This document shows positions 54,362 through 64,000 of a stretch of DNA of 64,000 nucleotides, piece after piece. The notes below the pieces were generated by a model, which was given only the letters and a program-made list of their open reading frames with translations, made no database searches and had not been told where the DNA came from. Numbering within the stretch: position 1 is the stretch's first letter; each line of letters starts with the position of its first letter. This DNA comes from Octopus vulgaris (taxonomy: Eukaryota), in NCBI GenBank assembly GCA_951406725.2, contig OX597824.1, positions 93,744,001 to 93,808,000 of the forward strand, given 5' to 3'. Position numbers and translations under genes: made by a program.

Positions 54362-56227
54362 TGTATACATCTATAATAATCTACATGAATTCTGCTTTGA
54401 AGATTGATATCAAACATGTGGTATTGTTGCAACATGGTTTTTTTTTTTATCTCCGTTCACTTGTCAGACATCCGTTTTGATAAAAAGAAAATACATATAA
54501 CCGAAATCATTACAACATGTATTTGTTTTCATTAACCGAGTCGTTTTGTACTGAGCGCACTTGATATGGTTTCATATTGTTTCGCTTTCTTTTCATATTC
54601 TGTTTAACACCGCGTGGTTAACTCCGTGTATTGTTTACGTATTTCTATCAGTTGCATCTAATACACCATCAAGATGTTTTTTGTAACTATTTACCTATCA
54701 TTATCTGTCTCTCTCTCACTCTCTCTCTCTCTCCGTCTCTTTCTCTCTCTCTCTCTCTCTCTCTCCGTCTCTTTCTCTCTCTCTGTACATATATATATAT
54801 ATATATATATGAATTTGTAAGGTAAATAGGCAAGTACTCAGTACAAGATGTAGAGTATAGTGTTTTTTTCTGAACTGAATTCTTCTTTCCTCTCGTGACC
54901 AGCTTCACATGCTACAGCGATCATTTAGCCGAATGGTTTTTGGTTCTTTTTTTAGGTATCTCAAGCCGGTTCCTAAACACACGGCTCCGTTTTTTCTGCG
55001 CAGAGATTCAGCAGTACTCTGCAAAGTTCAGTACTTATATACATGAACACACACACGCACACACCACCCCCAAAACACACACACACTTATATACGTAGCT
55101 ATAGATATACACATACAAAAGCATATATATACACAAGCATATATATACATATATACATATATATACCCCCACACACCAATATAAATTCAGACATATATAT
55201 ATATATATCTATATATATATACACATATTTACATATAACTATACATACATATATGCATACATGCACACACACACACAAACACACCTCCATCCCCCCACAC
55301 ATATACAAAGATATAAAAATATATACATATAGACATACACACACACAAGCATATATATACATACATGCATATATACATATATATAGCCACACACACAAAC
55401 CTATAAATTAATACACACATATATATATATACTTACACATATATATACACACACACAAACACCCACCCATCCCCCACACACATATACAAATATATATAAA
55501 TACATATATATACACATATAAACATACACTCATACACAAGCATACACACCCACACACCCACACACACATATATATATATACACAATTATACACACACGCA
55601 CACACGCACACACACACACATATATATAGATATGTATGTATATGAGTGTATATGTGGGTATGTGTGTGTTCATCTGAACGTATTATTGTTTGCATCTATG
55701 TATAGCATATCGATTTTAAGCAATGCTAGAATAGATGCGTACAATATGTCCGACATATTTAATTTCTCTGCTCCACCACGACTACCAACAACACCACCTA
55801 CACCATTACCGACACCACTAACACCGCCACAACCACCACCACCAACCAACAACAACACTACTAACACCACCACCACCACCACCATCACTACTACCACCTT
55901 TACAAAACAGACAGAGATGATATTGAAAAATGGCTGTTACTGTTAATACGTTATGTAACTCGGATTTTTCCTCTTTTTTTTATCTGTTAAAATACATTCT
56001 TTTTTGTGTTTATCTTCTGTATATTTAATATGTTTTTTTTTTATTCTCTGGAAATCCTGTACCCAACTGCTACAAAAGGAGAAAGAAAAAACGAACATAT
56101 TCTAACTGTTGTTTGTTTTTTGCATGCATTCAAAGCGTACTTAGTTTCTTATTTAAATTTTGATGGTATTTCATGGAAAGTAATGCATATTTGTTTATAG
56201 ATATACAAATGCGCGTGCATATATAGG

Positions 56228-56306
<79 letters not shown>

Positions 56307-56307
56307 C

Positions 56308-56345
<38 letters not shown>

Positions 56346-56752
56346 GTATATATATATATAGATATATATATATAAAGATATATATATATATATATACATA
56401 CTTATATACATATGTCTACATATATATGTATGCATATATATATGTATGTATATAGTTGTTTTTATATGCATAACTGTATGGGTATATAGAAGTCTGTATT
56501 ATTACATAATGCATGTAAAAGTATGCAAATATAAAGAAAGAAAAACGAAATTCATATATATAGGCTTATATATATGTATATATATACATCAACAATGCTC
56601 ATGTATATACAATTTAACGCAGTTGTTTCTATTTATCGCATTCTGTTTATCTTTCCAATCTACGTGCATATATATGCACATATATATAAATATACATACA
56701 TATACTAATGTGCACATATGATGCATTCATATACCTATATACATATATGCAT

Positions 56753-56824
<72 letters not shown>

Positions 56825-56838
56825 TATATATATATATA

Positions 56839-56891
<53 letters not shown>

Positions 56892-57660
56892 CTTCAATCA
56901 CAATAACACAATCTTCTCATTGTATGTAGATATTAACCGATTGTCGTTTGGGAATAAATAGCTGATGCATGGCCAAAAATAGATCTAAGCTACCGGAATA
57001 CATTCATATATGCACAAAGTCGCTCAAACACACACAAATACACTCATTCATATATATATATATATATATATATTTCTGCGCTTGTTAGGTTGTTGCGTGC
57101 GCAGTTATGGGTGTGTTTGAGGTATGCGTATGAGCAGTTTGTCCTTCCGTTACCCCCATTACCGTTGTTAACCGATCATTTTTCGAGATATTATCATTCC
57201 TCAATCTTCCTGCAGACAAATTCTTTCAAATCATGCGATTCGTTTCTTTACCATTCCAACCTACCACCACCACCACCATCACCACCAACGCTACCTCCAC
57301 CACCGACCATAACACCAGCGCCATCATCACCGCAATCACCGGTTCCGTTGCTGTTTTTTTTCCCTCCTTCTACCTTCCTTGTTACACACGTCATTATTTT
57401 ACACCACACATGCAATATCGCTTGCACATGATATATATATATATATATAACAGAGACAGAGAGAGAAAGAGACACACAGAGTGGGAGAGATAAATAGATA
57501 GACAGATAGATATATGTATATATATATATATACATATACATATACACACATATATATACTCACACATATATATACATATATATATATATACATATCTATA
57601 TACATATGTATATACATCATATATATATATACATATATATACATACATACATATATATAT

Positions 57661-57707
<47 letters not shown>

Positions 57708-57823
57708 AGGTAGAAAAATTTGAGAAATATTCTACAAGTGGCTAGCATGCATAAAATAGTCAATAGAAACATTTTTGTGCACTAATGTACACTAATTTAC
57801 TATGAAATACACACACACACATT

Positions 57824-57874
<51 letters not shown>

Positions 57875-57979
57875 TTATACATGCATACATATATAGAGAG
57901 AAAGCGAGACAGAGAGAGAGAGAGAAAGCGAGAGAAATACATATATACGTGCGTATGTGAGCGTGTATAAGTTTTTAAC

Positions 57980-58010
<31 letters not shown>

Positions 58011-59666
58011 GTATGTGTAATCGCATATATCCATCAACATACACTCAGTCATAAAACATAGATACATACATACATACATACATACATACATACATACATA
58101 CATACCAGCAGAAACCACCCACGAAGCCCCCTCCCTCCGTTCTGCGCTGACATTAACATGAACCAACAACGGAAGACTGGGGATAAATGTCTGTAGATTT
58201 GTAACATGGCCAAAAATAGAATCACGATTCCGGAAAGAAAATACCATGTGTTATATTGTTCTTTATCACATGGGACGAATCGCTTCGACGTAGATTTACA
58301 AATACGACCGAGAATACAACAGAGTTTATCTTGGCCTATTGGCATAATATCACCTACTTATTTCTTCCTAGCAGAATGTAAAATATATCGTTACGGGTGG
58401 GCGTGTCCCAATGTGTAAAAATACGTACGTACTGTGTATATAAGTGAGTACGTATGCATGTATATACGTGTGTGTATATAAGTATGCCTCTCGTTGTTGT
58501 GTGTATTTTTGTGCTTTGTGTGTGTAAGGACACTTAACTACAACTATTCAGTTTTCGCGTTTCTTTTGCCAATTCTTAAGAAGTACCTTTAAGATTTTAT
58601 ATCAGGTTTGCAATCTCAGGACTTGCTTTCTATTAAAGTTTCTGGTGTTGTCTTATTTGTATACGTTTACTAGTTTTCTGTGTATGTATGCATGCATCAG
58701 TGTATGTGTGCGTGTGTTTGCGTATGTGTATATGTGTATATATACGTGTATATACACATGTAGATATAACAGTATTTGCTTATATATAAATATATATATA
58801 TATGTGTATAGTTATGCATATATATATACATGACTGTGTAGGTATCTATGTATTTGTGTGCGAATATATGTGCACGTATGTGTGTATGTGTTTGCATATG
58901 CTTGTATATATATATATATATGTATGTATATATACGTATATATTACACATACATATATGTATAGTATTTGCGTATATATATATGCATATATATTTGTACA
59001 CATATAGATATATATCTGTGTGTGTGAGTATGTGTGGATGTATCTATGTTATATATGTGTGTGTATGTGTATGGATGTATCTATGTATGTGTATGTATTT
59101 ATCCAGGTTGATAGTAATAGTTATTATCAACATATATTTTTAATGTTGCGTGCAGCGGAGACACTAGTCTACCAGCGTAAAAGATCTCATATTCATCTTT
59201 CAGTCATTGAACTCATAAATACAGAAACACTTTTCCATGACCGCACTTCCCACGCAAAGACATCACCTGATTTACGAAGGTGATATTTTAAAACTCGAAA
59301 ATGGCGGTTATAATTTCACTGAAATCTTTAAGACCTGCAATGTTCCACTTGTCCTACAACCTAATTATGGCTTATAGTATTAAGACGTCTTATGTCATGA
59401 CGTATAATTTTCGTTCTCCTCAACGGTCGTTTTCTGTATGTTTAGTATATAATAATGGTTATACACTAAACGAGATCTACGATTTTCGTTCTTGCTGCAA
59501 GCGTCTCATGATATATAATACGAAATTTGTTTCTTTACATATCTATGTCTACTAATTTCCACAGGGACTATGAAAATATTCTGTTGTACAGTGTTGATAG
59601 ATATCGTATGGAGGCCTTCAATTTTCCGCCATGACAACGACTGTCATAGAATATATCTATATTATA

Positions 59667-60188
59667 CTAGCAAGACCCGTGAATATATGATGTATTTAAT
59701 GATAAACTTATTGGGTCATTTTTGAAAAATTTATCCAAAAACCCTGACAGTGTAGCCTGTGTTGTGGCTGTGTCTAAAAATAATTACTCGTCTGCTAATC
59801 AGTGAAAAGTGAAAGAAATTGGAATACGATGATTACTTAATGCACTTTGTATATATATACACTTTATATACATTATGCACAATTTTATATACTTAGTACA
59901 CAGCACTCTCCCTCTTTCTCTCTCTTTTTTCTTTCCCTCTTCGCCTTTCCCTTCAACTAATCACGTGAAAGCGTTACAAACGGGCTAAGAAACGGAAGAA
60001 AAATTTTTAGTTAAAAAGAAATTACGTTTCACTCACCAACACTTCCCACGCCCCTATCCCCTCTCCTTACCCCTACATCTACATCTCCCGTCACTCCCCT
60101 CCACTCCCCACTCTCCACCTTCAACTAATCACGGTGAAGCATCACGGACGGGCTAAGTAACGGAGTAACAAGCAGATTTATTATGAGA
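59667..60188 (-). mobile_element. Non-autonomous Helitron-like element
   Basis: Minus strand a|TCtcataataaa...cacgggtcttgCTAG|t gives TC/CTAG termini at an A|T target; internal ~50-bp direct repeat cttcaactaatcacg..acgggctaag.aacgga at ~59951 and ~60119. The 3' hairpin is incomplete. Confidence 0.55.
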
Positions 60189-60669
60189 TTATTTTAAAAT
60201 GTGTAGCGTTTATGACTATAATTTTCGACTTAATATGTGAACATATTATAAACTATTATATGGAAATAAAATTGCCTTCATCGATTCTGCAACAGAGTCC
60301 GCTATTCCCGTAAGTCTTACGGAAGACGAATCCAACTGTCCGGCTTCCCAAAATATCCTATCAGAATCAACCGTCAGCAGAAGTATCCTCTGGCTCCACG
60401 AGTGAGTCTAATCGAGGTTGTAAATATTATCCAATAAAAACCTTTATATCTCCTTCCGCTAGGAGTTGACCGTAAAATCAGTCTTTCTTTTCTGCGATGT
60501 TTTCCTAAGAATTTTACCTGCGGCCACTAAATATATTCGCCGAAGTGTTTTGTGAGATAGAAGCAAAAATCAATGTTGTAAAAACAAAGCTAAATCTCAA
60601 TAGATCTACAATAACCCCACCCCCAAGTGAGCTACTATTTATTATGAATACTGTATCAAAATATAAAAA

Positions 60670-61055
60670 TGTGTTGTTAAAAATTCGCTTTGAAACCACT
60701 CGGTTTCACGTTCAATCCCACGGCACGGCAGCTTGCTCAAATGTCTTCTAATACAGAACCGGGCTGACCAATGCCGTCTAAGTGAATTTGCTACAAACTG
60801 TGAGGACACACACACACACACACACACATTTATGTACGTATGTATGTACACACACATACAAAGGATGTCTCTGTGATATATTTTTCGTCTGTTTGTCCTT
60901 CGCATCAGACAACAACCATTTTTGGTTTCCTTCGGTTGCCATAAATTAGCGGTTCGGCAAAAGAAACCGATAGAATAAGAGCCAAACTTAAAATATTAGC
61001 ACTGAGTTCGATTTGTTCAACTAAAACCATTCAAGGAACCACCACAGCAAAGATA
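60670..61055 (+). mobile_element. SINE family B, full length but diverged
   Basis: aaccactcggtttcacgttcaatcccacggcacggcagc..(CA)n..ttagcggttcggcaaaagaaaccgatagaataag. Confidence 0.7.
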
Positions 61056-61340
61056 CGGTCCTGAAATGTAAAGAGTATAGACTGGCTGTATTCTGAAACC
61101 AAATTTGGGCCTTCGTGTAAGAGTGACCACCAAAGGACACTTTCGCGCTCAGCTGGTCACATGACAATAAACACATTAGATGATCAACGAAATACATACA
61201 AATTATTCAAATTCATATTTATTTATTCTAAACATGGTTATATCTGTTACGTCAGGGAGTTTCTTTAGAACGGTATGAGATATGACAGCGTTGATGGCTG
61301 TCATAAAAAAGAAACATCTTTTGCTGGATCCTATAATATA

Positions 61341-61565
61341 CTGTAGTCCTCCGCCACATCGGGCTTCACCTATCGCGCTTCACCTATCGCGGTTTATTAT
61401 TTAATCTTACGTGGTGTCGTTTTGCATTTATAATAAAATAAAAATAAATATATACAACTCATAAAAACAATAATAATAAAATATTAGATGAAAATCTCCT
61501 TCGCAGATTTTCATCTATCGCGGTGTTTTCGGAACATAACGCCCGCGATAGTCGAGGGCTTACTG
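61341..61565. mobile_element. pogo/Tigger-type MITE, internally deleted relative of 15949-16371
   Basis: Shares ttcacctatcgcggtttattattt, gtggtgt.gttttgcatttataataaaataaa, ttcgcagattttcatctatc and the terminal cgaggg.tta.tg. Confidence 0.8.
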
Positions 61566-61945
61566 CATATATATAAATGTATATCTCCAAATTCCACATA
61601 CGCATGTATAATTGTCTGCCATTACTTCCACCCATTTCTTCCTTATTGTCTCCCTTGTTTTCCATCAGTAACTCTCCCATTCCTTCCACGTATTCTCTCT
61701 ACTTTATTGCCCCCCACCCCCGCCTCCGTCCAAATTTTATAGCATAACTCTATATCTCTTTATCTATATATCTTCTCGTCTTAATTTTTATATCTCTGTA
61801 TCAACCTGAATCTCTTTTTCTATTCTACATCTCCCTTCTCTCTCTCTCTCGCTCCCTCTCCCCTCTCACTCTCTCTCTTTTCTTTATCTTTCTTTAAATC
61901 ACGCTCTCACTATCTGTCTATATATCTATACACTCTTTTTGCTCG

Positions 61946-62150
61946 TTTTAATTGTTTCAGTCATTTGACTGTGGCCATACTGGAGCACCGCCTTTTAGTC
62001 GAACAAATCGACCCCAGGACTTATTCTTCGTAAGCCTAGTACTTATTCTATCGGTCTCTTTTACCGAACCGCTAAGTAACGGGGACGTAACACACCAGCA
62101 TCGATGTTGAGAGTAAAGCGATGTTGGGGTGACAAACACAGACACACAAA

Positions 62151-62228
<78 letters not shown>

Positions 62229-62389
62229 TACGACGGGCTTCTTTCAGTTTCCGTCTACCAAATCCACTCAGAAGGCTTTGGTCGGCCCAAGGTTATAGTA
62301 GAAGACACTTGCCCAAGGTGCCACGCAGTAGGACTGAACCCGGAACAATGTGGTTGGTAAGCAAGCTACCACACAGTCACTCCTGCGCC
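61946..62389 (-). mobile_element. SINE family B, full length, well preserved
   Basis: Reverse complement gives head, (TA)n(TG)n spacer and the complete tail. Confidence 0.92.
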
Positions 62390-62429
62390 TATCTATCTAT
62401 CTATCTATCCATCTATTTATCTATCTATC

Positions 62430-62460
<31 letters not shown>

Positions 62461-62468
62461 CTCTCTAT

Positions 62469-62514
<46 letters not shown>

Positions 62515-62564
62515 GTCTGTCTCTCTGTATGTCTGTCTATCTATCTATCTATCCTTCTATCTAC

Positions 62565-62624
<60 letters not shown>

Positions 62625-62667
62625 TTATGTATCTATCTGTCTGTCTATTTATCTATATATCTGTCTG

Positions 62668-62722
<55 letters not shown>
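62390..62722. repeat. (CTAT)n microsatellite
   Basis: Direct inspection. Confidence 0.95.
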
Positions 62723-63057
62723 CTTTCTCTCGCCACTATTTCTATCAAGGGTGAAACTTTATCCGACTGATTCGCAATACATCTATCGACCGAATCACGC
62801 AGAAGAGAACCGTTTTGGCAACAAACCAGATAACTTATCAATAACGACGGCAGTGATAACAACAACAACAAAAAACAAAACAAAAAAAACAAAAAAGCAG
62901 AAGAGAAGAAAAAACGGCAACGCAAACAATAACAACAACAACACACGCGGCACCAACAAAAGCAGAAATTAATTAACATAAGTTTGATCAAGCTCATTAT
63001 AATATAATGTTGAACGTGATTATCGCCGCCATAATGATCTCAGCCTTCAAACAAACA

Positions 63058-63076
63058 CCATCATAATCATCTTCTT

Positions 63077-63136
<60 letters not shown>

Positions 63137-63249
63137 CATCACCATCATCATTATCATCATCGTCATTATCATCATCATCACCACCACCATCACCACCACC
63201 GACATCATCATCATGATCATCACGATCATCATCACCATCGTCATCATCG

Positions 63250-63280
<31 letters not shown>

Positions 63281-63287
63281 CTTCATC

Positions 63288-63334
<47 letters not shown>

Positions 63335-63990
63335 TGTCATCGTCATCATCGTCGTCGTCGTCGTCGTCGTCGTCTTCGTCATATTATATGCTCGTTGGGA
63401 ATTATCACCAGAGGAAAACATGAATAGTGATTACTGAAACATGAAAAAAAAATCGAAATACTCTTTACTGAAATAACTAATGAGGGAGAAGAGGAACGAC
63501 ATTAACGATGGCGGTTGTGATGATGATGATGATGAGGGGGAGGGACAGCAGCATCAGCAAGTGGAAAAGGAAGGAGGAACAGGGGAAGCAGGAGGAAGAG
63601 GAAAGAGGATATGGAAGAGGAGGGAGAAGGAGGTAGAATGGGGAGGAGGAGGGGAAGGAGGAGCAGAAGAAGATGGAGGTGGCTGGACGAGGAGAAGGCG
63701 GAGGAGAAAAAAAGGCGTTGGATGAGGGTGGTGGTGTTTCTGAAGAGAAGGAAGAGGTGAAAGTAGCAGGGGAGGTGGAAGGAGTGTAAGACGATGACGA
63801 TGGCGATGACGATGACGTCGATGATAATGATGACGCTGGCGACGTTAATCTGACCATGACGACGACGAGGTGACGCCACCACCGACGAAGATGACGACGA
63901 CGACGATGATGATGATGATGTTGATGATGAGGATGATGATGATGAAGATGAGGATGATGGCGATGATGATGATGATGATGATGATGAGAA
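63058..63990. repeat. (CAT/CGT)n array, purine-rich spacer, (GAT/GAC)n array
   Basis: Direct inspection. Confidence 0.9.
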
Positions 63991-64000
63991 GCATAAATAA

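Noticed and set aside
63480-63725. Acidic/Gly-rich ORF with a basic cluster
   Set aside because: Purine-rich low-complexity spacer between trinucleotide arrays, with no splice or homology support.

Overview
AT-rich eukaryotic DNA with extremely dense microsatellites; the repeat families suggest a coleoid cephalopod, most likely Octopus (inference from repeat content, not a database result). Almost every ORF in the track is a translation of simple repeats ((TA)n, (TG)n, (GATA)n, (TATG)n, (CAT)n, (TAG)n), and no host protein-coding gene can be identified with confidence, so the window looks intronic or intergenic. The recognisable content is mobile DNA: at least six tRNA-headed SINE families (monomeric and dimeric, some with TSDs, one carrying an internal microsatellite), R4/Dong-type RLE non-LTR retrotransposon remnants, pogo/Tigger-type and mariner-derived MITEs, a non-autonomous Helitron-like element, and probable Penelope-like fragments embedded in (TA)n. 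The most interesting items are a candidate type I hammerhead ribozyme with a long stem I (minus strand, 51437-51562), a ~320-bp fold-back palindrome (15261-15582), a 5'-inverted Dong insertion, a duplicated GATA-containing cassette, and a few weak phase-compatible candidate exons and promoter motifs. SINE family letters A-F are my own labels.
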